Origin: an uncultured Syntrophomonadaceae bacterium
GTDB lineage: Bacteria > Bacillota > Dethiobacteria > DTU022
Length of the DNA stretch: 64,000 nt
Assembly (NCBI GenBank): GCA_964506505.1
Contig: CAZDKY010000047.1
Span: 721-64,720, forward strand
Reading direction: 5' to 3'
Shown: piece by piece, positions 1-9,467 of the stretch
How the letters are laid out: every line of letters starts with the position of its first letter
How positions within the stretch are numbered: position 1 is the stretch's first letter
Translations under genes and position numbers: made by a program
The notes under the pieces: model-generated
Told to the model about the DNA's origin: nothing
Database searches by the model: none
Seen by the model: the letters and a program-made list of their open reading frames with translations, nothing else

Positions 1-248
1 ATGCCGCTGCTCAGGGGCAGGGGTACTCCCTGCCTGCGCTGGAAGTACTCCCCGTAGCGCTGACGCTGGCGGACAAGATTGATGCTGAAATGATCGGCTG
101 TGTTTTTAAGAACAGTCTTCACCCTGCGGCCAATCTCTTCCGCCTCTCCGTTACTGTAACAAATGCGTGTTCTCTTCCCTCCTTCCGGTCCTGATTCGCT
201 GATTGGCATTAAAGCGGCAATCGATGAAAAATTTAACTGACTTGACAA
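1..248 (-). CDS. hypothetical protein, N-terminal 82 codons; gene continues past the window start
   Basis: Minus-strand ORF running off position 1, with a TTG start at 248..246 preceded 9 nt upstream by AAAGGAGG. Not in the ORF track because it is partial. Product begins (M)SSQLNFSSIAALMPISESGPEGGKRTRICYSNGEAEEIGRRVKTVLKN...; family not recognised. Confidence 0.4.
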   Translation of the reverse strand, partial: MSSQLNFSSIAALMPISESGPEGGKRTRICYSNGEAEEIGRRVKTVLKNTADHFSINLVRQRQRYGEYFQRRQGVPLPLSSG

Positions 249-470
249 CCTGTGTTGCCTCCTTTCTGAAATTTATGTTTTGCAAAGCAGCTCAAAACAA
301 AATTAATTATGCCAATAAACATATTAATTGTCAATATATATTCATTATATTTCTGCTTATTAGTAAATTAACCTAAGACTATTTCTTAATATTGTATAAA
401 TATAGAGAGTACAGAACATTATGTAAATAAATAGATAGACTGGGAGTCGAAGCAAATTGCAAGTGAATTG

Positions 471-502
471 GCAAAAGAAAACGCCGGTTTAATACCGGCG
501 TT
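471..502 (-). terminator. rho-independent terminator for the murC-ywqE-small-gene transcript
   Basis: 9-bp stem AACGCCGGT/ACCGGCGTT with loop TTAAT, followed on the minus strand by TTTCTTTTGC. Confidence 0.6.
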
Positions 503-527
503 GAAGATTTCGCTCGATTTTCAGGTT

Positions 528-686
528 TTACTTATACTTGATGGTAAACTCTTCGCCTTTGACCATCGGTCCGACGGCGTTGTAGGGGGTCAGATCGAGG
601 GTTTGTTCGTAAAGGTTACGGCGGGCCAGCATCTTCTGCCTTTTCTTTCTCCGTTCGCGCTTGGGGCGGCGGTCGGGATGACCCAT
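528..686 (-). CDS. small highly basic protein (52 aa), unannotated
   Basis: ATG at 686..684 preceded by AAAGGAGGTG with an 8-nt spacer. Product MGHPDRRPKRERRKKRQKMLARRNLYEQTLDLTPYNAVGPMVKGEEFTIKYK, TAA at 530..528. It starts 22 nt after the ywqE stop and is followed by a rho-independent terminator; it falls below the ORF-track size cutoff. Confidence 0.5.
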   Translation of the reverse strand: MGHPDRRPKRERRKKRQKMLARRNLYEQTLDLTPYNAVGPMVKGEEFTIKYK

Positions 687-708
687 CGGCGGCACCTCCT
701 TTGCTCTT

Positions 709-1500
709 TCAGCGCCGGTGAAAGCGGCTGAAAAGGGAAAATCTTTTTTTTTCGGGGGGCGGCTCAGCAGCCGGGGGCAGGTCCAGGGGCCGGTCCGCGA
801 TCACGGCAGCCGGCCGGTCGGCCAGGTAAGCATAGGCAGCTCCCCTGCCGCAGAGCCCGTCTACGGCAGCAGCTGCTTTGCCCAGATCACCCAGGTGGAG
901 GCCGGGCCTGTGGGCATCGGTGGCCAGGAGATGAACCAGGTTTGCCTCCAGCATGTAGCGGGCCAGCTTTTCAGCAGCGGTTCCGAGACGGCCTGTGAAA
1001 GCAATCCAGGTGACCTGGAAGAGCGCTCCGGCCCGCTGGAGACGGTGGATCAGTTCCGGCTCCTTCAGGAGGGCTTCCGCCCTTTCGGGATGGGGGATGA
1101 CCGGCCTGTAGCCGTCTACAGCCAGCTTGAAGATCAGCTCCTCGGTGTAAACCGGCAAAGGCTGGGCAAAGGGCAACTCCAGTAAGAGGTAGGAACTGTC
1201 ATTGAGGGTAAGTGTCTCCCCCCGGCGCAGGCGATCGTCGAGATGGGGATCGATATGAGGCTCGGTTCCGGGCAGAACGGTCAGTTGAATTTCCCGGCGG
1301 TCCAGCTCCTCCTGCAGTTCCTGCAGGCGTTCGCGGATCAGGGCGGGGGCAGGATTGCCCTCGAAACTATGGGGCGTGGCTACCACCGTATCGAAACCGG
1401 CGGCAGCCAGGGCCCGGGCCAGGATCAGCGATTCGCTCATAGTCTGCGGCCCGTCGTCCAGGCCTGGTAAAATGTGATTGTGGAGATCAATAAAGTTCAT
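709..1500 (-). CDS. ywqE: PHP-domain protein-tyrosine phosphatase, CpsB/YwqE family
   Basis: N-terminus MNFIDLHNHILPGLDDGP (the HxH...DDG metal-binding motif of YwqE/CpsB), plus ATPHS and DAH motifs; length 263 aa, close to B. subtilis YwqE. Overlaps the murC stop by 4 nt. Confidence 0.85.
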   Translation of the reverse strand: MNFIDLHNHILPGLDDGPQTMSESLILARALAAAGFDTVVATPHSFEGNPAPALIRERLQELQEELDRREIQLTVLPGTEPHIDPHLDDRLRRGETLTLNDSSYLLLELPFAQPLPVYTEELIFKLAVDGYRPVIPHPERAEALLKEPELIHRLQRAGALFQVTWIAFTGRLGTAAEKLARYMLEANLVHLLATDAHRPGLHLGDLGKAAAAVDGLCGRGAAYAYLADRPAAVIADRPLDLPPAAEPPPEKKRFSLFSRFHRR

Positions 1501-2894
1501 CGTTTCTCCTTTAGCAATTTCAAAATGCGTGGCGCGGAGGCGGTGATGTCACCGGCACCCATGGTCATGATCAGATCGCCGGGGCGGGCCAGGGCGGCCG
1601 CTTCCTTTTCCAGGGTCCGGATGTCGCTGTCGTAGAGGACCGGTATCTTGCTGCAGCGTCGGATCGCTTCGGCCAGGACTTCGGCCGATACCCCCGGCAG
1701 TGGTGCTTCGCCGGCGCCGTAGATATCGTGGAGGAAAAGATAGTCCGCCTCGGCAAAGGCGGCGGCAAAACCGTCGAACTGGGCGGCGGTGCGGCTGTAA
1801 CGGTGGGGCTGGAAAAAGCAGATGATCCGACCTGCTGAGGGGCGTGCTGCCTCCAGGGTTGCTTTAATCTCGGTGGGGTGGTGGGCATAGTCGTCGATCA
1901 CGGTGATACCGCCGGCGGAACCGATGCGCTCGAAGCGGCGCTTCACCCCTGTAAAGGCGGCCAGGGCCGGGGCGCAGCGGTCCGGGTCGAGGCCGAGCTG
2001 GTCGGCCAGGGCCAGGGCTCCCACGGCATTGCTGACATTGTGGCGCCCGGGAATATTCAAAGTCACGGCGGAAGCCTTCTTAAGAGATGAACGGGTTAGA
2101 TCAAAGGTGGATCCTCCACCGTTAAAGGTAATCTTATCGGCAATATAATCTGCCGGCCGGTCCTCCGAAGCAGAAAGGCCGTAGGAGACAACCCGGCAGT
2201 CCAGGCGGCCGGCCATTTGGCGCAGGGCCGGATCGTCAAAGCAGAGGACGGCGGTGCCGTCCGGGGGCAGGTTGTCTAAAAATTTTTTGTAGGCCTGCAG
2301 CAGCCTCCCGTAGTCATTATGATAGTGTTCCAGGTGGTCCGGTTCAATACCGGTGACCAGGGTCAGGCAGGGGAAATAGCGGGTAAAGGAACTGTCGCTT
2401 TCGTCCGCTTCCGCCACCAGGTATGAGCCGGTGCCGAGGCGGGCGTTGCTGCCGTAGGCCGGGATAACACCGCCAATGACGGCGGTGGGGTCGAGGCCGC
2501 CCGCTTCCAGGAGCAGGGCAATCATGGCCGTGGTGGTCGTTTTGCCGTGGGCTCCGGCCACGGCAATACCGCAGGAACTGTTGAACAGGGCAGCCAGCAG
2601 CTCTGAGCGGTGCCAGAGGGGCAGGCCGCGGCGGTCTGCTTCGACCATTTCCGGGTTGTCGGAGGCGATGGCCGTGGAGTAAACCACCAGGCGGGCCGTG
2701 CCGAGATTGTCCGGGTGGTGTCCGATGGTGACAGTCGCCCCGCGGGAAACCAGCGCTTCGGTGAGAGACGAGGCCTTGATATCGGAACCGCTGACCCGGC
2801 AGCCCTTCTGAAGAAGGATCTGGGCCAGGGCGCTCATGCCATAGCCGCCAATACCGATAAAGTGAACATTTTTTATTTCAGGTGGTAGAGACAA
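1497..2894 (-). CDS. murC: UDP-N-acetylmuramate--L-alanine ligase MurC
   Basis: HFIGIGGYGMSALA Rossmann start, GKTTTT P-loop and the Mur ligase C-terminal domain. The ORF track begins at 2939 (TTG, no RBS); I prefer the in-frame TTG at 2894, which has GGGAGG 5 nt upstream, so the start is uncertain. Confidence 0.85.
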   Translation of the reverse strand: MSLPPEIKNVHFIGIGGYGMSALAQILLQKGCRVSGSDIKASSLTEALVSRGATVTIGHHPDNLGTARLVVYSTAIASDNPEMVEADRRGLPLWHRSELLAALFNSSCGIAVAGAHGKTTTTAMIALLLEAGGLDPTAVIGGVIPAYGSNARLGTGSYLVAEADESDSSFTRYFPCLTLVTGIEPDHLEHYHNDYGRLLQAYKKFLDNLPPDGTAVLCFDDPALRQMAGRLDCRVVSYGLSASEDRPADYIADKITFNGGGSTFDLTRSSLKKASAVTLNIPGRHNVSNAVGALALADQLGLDPDRCAPALAAFTGVKRRFERIGSAGGITVIDDYAHHPTEIKATLEAARPSAGRIICFFQPHRYSRTAAQFDGFAAAFAEADYLFLHDIYGAGEAPLPGVSAEVLAEAIRRCSKIPVLYDSDIRTLEKEAAALARPGDLIMTMGAGDITASAPRILKLLKEKR

Positions 2895-3381
2895 ATCAGG
2901 CCTCCCGTAGACAGCGCATCCGCTATGGTTGAAAATCAAAATAGCGTTGAAGTGTGCTCACTGCAAATGCTGTTTTTTTTTTAGATTACCATATAACACT
3001 TACTTTTTCTCACATCCAGATTATAACATATCTCATTGCATTTGCCGATTTGCCTGGCCTTTATTTCTCCTGAGGATCGCTTTTCGGATTAAATAAGTGT
3101 GGTAAGGACGGCTGTAGGCTGCCCTGCTGTATCATAATGTTTGAGTTGCAAAATAAAGATTAGCCACAATTTTCGGAACGGTTTTGCATTATAACCCTTA
3201 AACTTCATTTCGTCAACATATTATGTTACTCGAACAACCGTTTTCAGCTTTCTAAAGGCTTTTTTTCAGGCCTTTTTCTAAATTCCATTAAAAGTAATCC
3301 ACAGTATGCACAGACTTATCCACAGCTAAAAGCCTGTAAATAGCATAATCGGGAAAGTTATAAACAATAAGAACATAGCGG

Positions 3382-4437
3382 TTACATAATTCTTGAACAG
3401 GAATGATTCTCACCAATGTTCAAACCGGGGTAGGCATTGAGGTCTAGGGAAGCAAACTGCTTCTTCCGGTAGAGGGGATAGGCGGCGGCGGCAATCATGG
3501 CCGCATTGTCGGTGCAGAGATCCAGGGGTGGGACGTAGAGCTTTACGGGCGGAAGCGCTGCGGCCAGGCGCAGTTCCATGCGCCGTCGCAGGCGGCTGTT
3601 GGCGGCTACCCCGCCGGCCAGGAGGACGCTCCGCACGTTATATTCAGCGGCGGCACGGAGTGTTTTTTCCACCAGCACTTCCACCAGGGCCTCCTGAAAA
3701 GAAGCCACCAGGTCGGCCATGTTGACCGCTTCGCCGCGGCGGCGGGCATGGTAGAGATGATTTATCACCGCCGTTTTCAGGCCGCTGAAGCTAAAGGAAA
3801 AGCGGTTTTCCTCTTCCAGCCAGGCCCGGGGGAATTCGACTGCCTGCGGGTTGCCTTCGCCGGCCAGTTTGTCAATAATCGGCCCTCCCGGATAGCCCAG
3901 CTCCAGGTGGCGGGCTACCTTGTCGAAGGCTTCGCCGGCGGCGTCGTCGATGGTATGCCCCAGGGGAACGATCGAATCGGCCTGCGGCAGGAGGAGCAGC
4001 TCGGTGTGGCCGCCGGAGACGACCAGGACGACGGCCGGGTAGTGCCGGGGAGCACCGGCCAAATAATTGGCGTAAAGATGGGCCTGAAGGTGGTTGACGG
4101 CCACCAGGGGGAGACGCAGGGCGTAGGCCAGGGCCTTGGCGGTGGCCACTCCCACCAGGAGAGCACCGACCAGGCCGGGGCCGTGGGATACGGCCACAGC
4201 TTGCAGATCACCGAAGGTGATTCCCGCTTCCTGCAGAGCTTCGTCTATCAGAGTGTTGACCAGGACCAGGTGGTGACGGGAGGCTATCTCGGGCACCACC
4301 CCGCCGAAACGGGCATGCAGTTCCACCTGGGAGGAAACCAGGCTGCTGAGAATGCGATTACCGTTGGCAACGACGGCGGCCGAGGTTTCATCACAGGAGG
4401 TTTCAATCCCCAGGATGAGGGTTTCTTCAGTTTTCAC
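3382..4437 (-). CDS. tsaD: tRNA N6-adenosine threonylcarbamoyltransferase TsaD
   Basis: LGIETSCDETS N-terminus and Kae1/YgjD fold signature; GTG start with a GGAGGG RBS; last gene of the tsaE-tsaB-rimI-tsaD block. Confidence 0.95.
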   Translation of the reverse strand: MKTEETLILGIETSCDETSAAVVANGNRILSSLVSSQVELHARFGGVVPEIASRHHLVLVNTLIDEALQEAGITFGDLQAVAVSHGPGLVGALLVGVATAKALAYALRLPLVAVNHLQAHLYANYLAGAPRHYPAVVLVVSGGHTELLLLPQADSIVPLGHTIDDAAGEAFDKVARHLELGYPGGPIIDKLAGEGNPQAVEFPRAWLEEENRFSFSFSGLKTAVINHLYHARRRGEAVNMADLVASFQEALVEVLVEKTLRAAAEYNVRSVLLAGGVAANSRLRRRMELRLAAALPPVKLYVPPLDLCTDNAAMIAAAAYPLYRKKQFASLDLNAYPGLNIGENHSCSRIM

Positions 4438-4933
4438 GCCGGGTCCCTCCCTCCCTTTTTCTTCTTTTCTCTCCGCCCCAGGGCAACCTGGTCATGATCA
4501 GGGCATCTTCGTCGCTGTAGTAGTGGAGACGGCGGCCGCAGACGGTGAAGCCGTGTTTTTCGTAAAAGCGGCGGGCGGCCGTGTTGCTGGGGCGCACCTC
4601 CAGGGTATAGCTGCGGGGCTGCTGCGAACTCACTTCTTCGATCAGGGCCTGCAGGAGGCGGGTGGCGATGCCTCGATAGCGGTAATCTTCGGCCACAGCC
4701 AGGGTGGTAATATGCACTTCGTCAATGATAATCCAGCTGCCGATGTAGGCGATTACCCGATCATTGAGGCGGGCCACCAGGTAGTGGGCCAGCCGGTTGG
4801 TCTGCAGTTCGGTGAGAAAAGATTCGGCGGGCCAGGGTTCCCGGAAGGTGATCTGTTCGATGGCGGAGACTTCCCTGATATCCCTGGTATCCATGGGGGA
4901 GATGGTGATGGGCAGGTCCATGTTGTTTTTCAA
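4427..4933 (-). CDS. rimI: ribosomal-protein-alanine N-acetyltransferase RimI (GNAT)
   Basis: GNAT motifs (RYRGIATRLLQ, FYEKHGF) and the conserved position between tsaB and tsaD. The start may instead be the ATG at 4921 (MDLPITIS...). Confidence 0.85.
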   Translation of the reverse strand: MKNNMDLPITISPMDTRDIREVSAIEQITFREPWPAESFLTELQTNRLAHYLVARLNDRVIAYIGSWIIIDEVHITTLAVAEDYRYRGIATRLLQALIEEVSSQQPRSYTLEVRPSNTAARRFYEKHGFTVCGRRLHYYSDEDALIMTRLPWGGEKRRKREGGTRREN

Positions 4934-4957
4934 CTTCTCTCCTTTTCTTGCTTTTTG

Positions 4958-5674
4958 CTACTTTTTCTTACCCTTCTTTTCGGCCAGCCGCTCCGCTTCG
5001 GGACGGCGCAGGTAGATGGGCAGCATTTTCTCGTAAGGCGCATCCGGGTCTTTCTGCAGGATCAGCCGGGCCCGGTAGGCGACCAGGCCGGCCCGGCAGA
5101 TCCGAAAGGGAGCCGGGGCGATCACGGCCCGGCCGGGAAGCGCCTCGCGCAGGACGGGTACGCAGCCGGGCAGTCCCTCCCCGAGAAAAACGACTGCTTC
5201 CTTATAGGAACGCAGGGCATCGGTCAGCTCGGCAAGGGTCACAGCCTGCGGTTCAAGCAGGGTTTGCAGAAGATAAGGCTCTTCGGTGGAACGGCGGTAG
5301 AGGGCACTGTAGACCTGGCTGCGGCGGGCATCGAGGATCGGGCAGATCAGGGTACCCGGGCTGCATACTGCTTCAGCGAGAGCTTCCAGGGTGCAGACGG
5401 GCACGGCCGGTATGCCGAGGCCCTGGGCCAGGGCCCGGGCGGTGGAGACACCGATGCGCAGGCCGGTGAAAGAACCTGGACCGGCGGCGGCGGCTACCGC
5501 TTCCAGCTCTTCGCGCTCCATACCCGCTTCTGTCAGCAGGGCATCGAGCATGGGCATGAGACGCTCGGAGTGAGTTTTCTTAATACTGGTGGTCATCTCC
5601 GCCAGCAGGCGGTCCTCCTGCAGTAGGGCCACACTGCAGGAAAGGGTGGTTGTATCGAGACCTAAGATTAACAG
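4958..5674 (-). CDS. tsaB: tRNA threonylcarbamoyladenosine biosynthesis protein TsaB (YeaZ)
   Basis: The track ORF starts at an internal GTG (MALLQEDR...). The in-frame upstream extension reads (M)LILGLDTTTLSCSV, matching the canonical TsaB N-terminus MxILxIDTS, and begins at CTG 5674..5672 with GGAGGA 8 nt upstream. This is a non-canonical start; gene ends in TAG. Confidence 0.8.
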   Translation of the reverse strand: MLILGLDTTTLSCSVALLQEDRLLAEMTTSIKKTHSERLMPMLDALLTEAGMEREELEAVAAAAGPGSFTGLRIGVSTARALAQGLGIPAVPVCTLEALAEAVCSPGTLICPILDARRSQVYSALYRRSTEEPYLLQTLLEPQAVTLAELTDALRSYKEAVVFLGEGLPGCVPVLREALPGRAVIAPAPFRICRAGLVAYRARLILQKDPDAPYEKMLPIYLRRPEAERLAEKKGKKK

Positions 5675-5690
5675 GGTTTATTCCTCCAGG

Positions 5691-6206
5691 TTAAGTGATG
5701 TTAAGAGATCCGTCGATATGCCAGGTCACTGTTTCGAACAGCCTTTCCACGGCTGCCGCGGCGACGGTTCCGGCAGGGTTAAACCAGAGGTGGCGTCCCT
5801 CCCCACTTTCGTCATAGAATCGCCCGATGATTATCTCCAGCCGATCAGGGGGCAGCATGTCGGGCAGGCGCTCGGGCCATTCGACAAAGGCCACTCCTTC
5901 CCCCGGCAGGTAATCTTCAAAACCTAGTTCAATGATATCTTCATCTTCCGAGAGGCGGTAAAAATCAAAATGGTAGAGGGGCAGGCGGCCGTGGTAGATG
6001 CGTTGCAGGACAAAAGTGGGACTGGTAACCTGTTCCCTGACGGTCAGGCCACGGGCGGCGCCGCGGACGAAGACCGTTTTGCCGGCACCCAGCTCTCCCT
6101 GCAGGGCGACGACCAGCGGTCTATCCAGGATGCGACCCAGGACTTCGCCGATGAAGGCAGTTTCCGCTTCGCTCCTGGTGGTAATATATGCTTCGGCCTG
6201 ACCCAT
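5691..6206 (-). CDS. tsaE: tRNA threonylcarbamoyladenosine biosynthesis ATPase TsaE (YjeE)
   Basis: Walker A LQGELGAGKT and YjeE family length (171 aa); first gene of the tsa operon. Confidence 0.9.
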   Translation of the reverse strand: MGQAEAYITTRSEAETAFIGEVLGRILDRPLVVALQGELGAGKTVFVRGAARGLTVREQVTSPTFVLQRIYHGRLPLYHFDFYRLSEDEDIIELGFEDYLPGEGVAFVEWPERLPDMLPPDRLEIIIGRFYDESGEGRHLWFNPAGTVAAAAVERLFETVTWHIDGSLNIT

Positions 6207-6299
6207 AAATTCCCTCTTTTCTGTGGTTCTTCTTTAATCATAACGGCGATTATTTCGAAAAGCAAATTAGATGCGATGACAAGCCTGTGTTCCGGTTTT

Positions 6300-8255
6300 T
6301 TAGCTCTCCGGGGGGTGAATATCTTCCAGCCGCGCTGTAATCTCTTCCCACCGCTCCATGAGGGCGGAAAGGCTTTCTTTTGTTCCTTCCAGTTCACAGC
6401 CCAGTTCGGCAAGCTGTTTGTGGTCGCCGTAGCTTGCCGGGTCGGATAGAACTCTTTCCAGGCGTCCGATCTCCTCTTCCTTCTCTTCAATTTCTTTTTC
6501 CAGTCGGGCCTGTTCGTCTTTAAGACGGCGGACTCTCTTCTGCTCTTCCCGCCGGCGGCGGTGTTCTTCCTGCCGGCGCCTTTTCTCCCCCTTCTTCGCC
6601 TCTTCCTGATTTTCCTGACCCTTCTCCATCACCGGTTCGTTCTCCTGAACGGTAAGATACTCTTCAAAGGGACCCTCGAAGATACGCAGGGCACCGCCGC
6701 CCATGGCGAAGACTCTGTTAGCCAGTCCTCGCAGGAAATAGCGGTCGTGGGAAACAATAATCAGGGTGCCGGGGTAGTCGGCCAGGGCTTTTTCCAACTC
6801 TTCCATGGCCGGCAGGTCCAGGTGGCTGGTCGGTTCGTCCATCAGAAGGCAGTTGCCACTGCCCAGGGCCAGGCGGGCCAGGGCCAGGCGGCTCTTTTCT
6901 CCGCCGCTCAGGTCGCGGACCTGTTTAAAGACATCGTCGCCGCGGAAGAGATAGCGGCCGAGGTGATTGCGGGCCGCCTTGATATCAAGTTCGGACGCTT
7001 CGGTGATCGTCTCCAGCAGGGTCAGTCGGGGATCGAGGTGCTCCTGTTCCTGGGAAAAGTAGGTCACCCGGGTAGAGGGACCAAGACGGATGCAGCCGGA
7101 CGACGGTTCAATTTCAGCGGCGATCATTTTCAGGAGAGTCGATTTGCCGGCGCCGTTAGGGCCCACCAGGGCGATGCGGTCTCCCCAGCGGATCTCGAAA
7201 GAAAGGTCTTCAAAAAGGGGATCGTTGTTATAGGATTTGCCCACTTTTTCGAAGACAACGGCCAGGCGTCCGCTGCGCCCGCTGTAGTTGAGACCGGCCC
7301 GGAAGCGCCTTTCTTCAGCCGGTCGGCCGACTGCCTCCATTTTGGCCAGGCGCTTTTCGCGGCTGCGGGCCTGTCGCTTGGAGCGCTCATCGGCCTTGGC
7401 CTCGCGCACCAGGCGCTCCTCCCTCTCTTTGAGGAGCAGCTGCTTTTTGTATTCCCGGTCTTTGCTCAGACGCTCCAGCTCCAGCCGGCGGCGGTATTCG
7501 CTGTAGTTGCCACTGTAGCTTTTTACGGTTCCTTTGTCCATGGCAAAGATGTACCCCGCCACCCGGTCGAGGAAAAAGCGGTCGTGGCTGACAACGATCA
7601 AACCGCAGGTCAGGTCGCGGAGATATTTTTCCAGCCACTGCAGGGCCGAGAGATCAAGAAAGTTGGTCGGCTCGTCGAGGAGGAGCAGGTCGAGCTCCCG
7701 GAGGAGAAGGCCGGCCAGGCGGGCGCGGGTCTTCTCTCCCCCGCTGAAGGTGGAAAGGTCACGGCTTAAATCGTCTTCGCTGAAACCGAGACCGCGGGCC
7801 ACGGAGAGAAGACGGTTTTCCACCTGGTAGCCGCCCTCCGTTTCAAAGCGGGCGGTTGCAGTGGCGTATCTTTCCAGCAGTTCGGGTGGAGGGTCTCCCT
7901 GCCCGGCAGAGTGGGCGGCAATTTCCTTTTCCAGGGCGGCGATCTCCTCCTGGAGGCTGAAGATATGGGACAGTGGATGCTCGAGGTGGCGGCGCAGGGT
8001 GCCGTCGGCCAGGCGGCGCGGCTCCTGGGGCAGGTAACCGAGGCGGGTGCCGCGGGCCAGGTGGACCGCTCCGCCGTCGGGTTCCATCTCCCCGGCGATG
8101 ATTTTCAGGAGGGTGGTCTTGCCCGAGCCGTTGGGGCCGATCAGGCCGGCCTTTTCACCGGGCTGCAGCTGGAGAGTAACGGCAGAAAGGATCGTTTCGG
8201 CACCGAATGATTTATTAATCTGGGATAAATTTAGTAAGGACAAGGAATTTCCCAT
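6300..8255 (-). CDS. ABC-F family ATPase (two tandem ABC domains, no transmembrane domain; EttA/Uup/YheS-like)
   Basis: Two P-loops (GPNGSGKTTLL and GPNGAGKSTLL), two LSGGE signatures and a charged coiled-coil C-terminal tail. The track ORF starts at 8381; I place the start at the ATG at 8255 (MGNSLSLLNLSQINKSFG), typical for ABC-F proteins. Confidence 0.9.
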   Translation of the reverse strand: MGNSLSLLNLSQINKSFGAETILSAVTLQLQPGEKAGLIGPNGSGKTTLLKIIAGEMEPDGGAVHLARGTRLGYLPQEPRRLADGTLRRHLEHPLSHIFSLQEEIAALEKEIAAHSAGQGDPPPELLERYATATARFETEGGYQVENRLLSVARGLGFSEDDLSRDLSTFSGGEKTRARLAGLLLRELDLLLLDEPTNFLDLSALQWLEKYLRDLTCGLIVVSHDRFFLDRVAGYIFAMDKGTVKSYSGNYSEYRRRLELERLSKDREYKKQLLLKEREERLVREAKADERSKRQARSREKRLAKMEAVGRPAEERRFRAGLNYSGRSGRLAVVFEKVGKSYNNDPLFEDLSFEIRWGDRIALVGPNGAGKSTLLKMIAAEIEPSSGCIRLGPSTRVTYFSQEQEHLDPRLTLLETITEASELDIKAARNHLGRYLFRGDDVFKQVRDLSGGEKSRLALARLALGSGNCLLMDEPTSHLDLPAMEELEKALADYPGTLIIVSHDRYFLRGLANRVFAMGGGALRIFEGPFEEYLTVQENEPVMEKGQENQEEAKKGEKRRRQEEHRRRREEQKRVRRLKDEQARLEKEIEEKEEEIGRLERVLSDPASYGDHKQLAELGCELEGTKESLSALMERWEEITARLEDIHPPES

Positions 8256-8415
8256 CTTTCTTTTCAGGGTGCTTTTTAAGCCGTGTAAAATCTTTTTCCG
8301 GGGTGGCGCAGGCATCAGGGCATGGCTGCTTCTGCAGCTGCTGCCAGCATTAAACCCGACAGCAGGCCTGCTGTAAGACAACCTGTTAAGGATGTTTCTT
8401 TTCCTTATTTTTATT

Positions 8416-8495
8416 CCTGCCGTGACTGATAACAGCCCCGCAGCTCCTGTTCACATGTAAGATATTACAGGAATATATGAAGAGAAGTCAAACAG
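8416..8495. repeat. about 80-bp repeat element R, copy A
   Basis: About 85% identical to 12127..12206 in the same orientation. Contains the core ACATGTAAGATATTACA (inverted repeat TGTAA-N4-TTACA). Lies in the divergent promoter region between the ABC-F gene and the response regulator. Confidence 0.7.
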
Positions 8496-8756
8496 TGCCT
8501 GTATATATGGGTCATTTTATCCGGGTTACTTCAAGCAGGCGTAATTTCAATTCCCGGGATTGGGGCAATGTTGGGATTGCCGGCTGCAGCAGCAGGTAAG
8601 ATTTCTAGTTTAAACTTTTAAGTTGTGTTTAATACAGTTGTTTATTGTAACAGAAATAAGAAATTACAACTCCCACTGTAAATACCCTCCTGTAAATAAT
8701 TTCATTGCCCCTATCTTTTATTTAAGTTATCATATACAAACTAAAGGAGTGGTGTT

Positions 8757-9467
8757 ATGACACTTTTAGGCAAGATCTTGATTGCAGATGATGACCAAAA
8801 TGTTCTTGAACTGGTCAAACTATACGGTGATAGGGAAGGGTTTGATGTAATCACCATCAATGATGGTGATCAGGTGCTGGCGGCATTCGATCGGGAAAAC
8901 CCTGATATAGTAATCCTGGACTTAATGCTGCCAGGCGTGGACGGGTTGACCCTGTGCCGCAGTCTAAGATCTATCCGCATGATTCCTATTATCATGCTGA
9001 CCGCCAAGGGCGAAGAGGCAGACCGGGTGCTTGGGCTGGAAATGGGCGCCGATGATTACGTCTCCAAACCTTTCAGCCCCCGGGAACTAATGGCCAGGGT
9101 TAAAGCGGTCCTTCGCCGGGGCCATCCGGATGAAACCGTAGTGGCGGATAAGCTTACATTCCCGGGGCTGGAAATTCAGGCCGATACCCGGAAGGTTTTA
9201 GTGGACGGGCAAGAATTAAAATTTACGCCGAAGGAATTTGATCTCCTTTACTACATGGCCAGGAATCCCCTGCGTGTTTTTCCCAGAGATAAACTGCTGG
9301 AAACAGTCTGGGGCTACGACTACTATGGCGAGGAACGGACGGTAGATGTTCACGTTCGAAGATTGCGAACCAAGCTATTACCTCTCGCTCACGATTATCT
9401 GACCACAATCTGGGGGGTTGGTTATCAGTTCACTCCTCCCTCCGAAGAGGAGGATACGACATCGTGA
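8757..9467 (+). CDS. OmpR/PhoB-family response regulator
   Basis: Receiver domain (DDD...D...K) followed by a winged-helix Trans_reg_C domain (VDVHVRRLRTKL). RBS AAAGGAG. Overlaps the kinase gene by GTGA. Confidence 0.9.
   Translation: MTLLGKILIADDDQNVLELVKLYGDREGFDVITINDGDQVLAAFDRENPDIVILDLMLPGVDGLTLCRSLRSIRMIPIIMLTAKGEEADRVLGLEMGADDYVSKPFSPRELMARVKAVLRRGHPDETVVADKLTFPGLEIQADTRKVLVDGQELKFTPKEFDLLYYMARNPLRVFPRDKLLETVWGYDYYGEERTVDVHVRRLRTKLLPLAHDYLTTIWGVGYQFTPPSEEEDTTS

Noticed and set aside
1-194. Possible 3' end of a + strand gene (frame 3, 64 codons ending in TGA at 192..194), and a TTGACA hexamer at 241..246 that looked like a -35 box.
   Set aside because: The minus-strand reading of the same region gives an N-terminal ORF with AAAGGAGG-N9-TTG running out of the window, which is more convincing. 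The TTGACA sits inside that start region.
468-731. 87-aa + strand ORF overlapping the terminator hairpin and the small basic gene.
   Set aside because: No RBS and an implausible product. The opposite strand carries a 52-aa CDS with a textbook RBS and terminator.
3250-3290. Hairpin AAAGGC-N10-GCCTTT followed by T-rich sequence on the + strand between tsaD and murC; considered as a terminator of an unannotated + strand sRNA.
   Set aside because: There is no upstream + strand promoter or ORF. The 6-bp stem is weak, and it lies inside the expected minus-strand murC promoter region.
3748-4497. Long + strand ORFs antisense to real genes. Examples: 3748..4497, 4352..5626, 6561..7769, 13885..14730, 24859..25824, 27338..28147, 44771..45889 (antisense to mtbB) and 60449..61135.
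   Set aside because: These are high-GC codon-bias artefacts. Their products are low-complexity and rich in G, R, P and H, with no recognisable domains. Each is fully antisense to a gene with strong family-level identity and sensible RBS and start.
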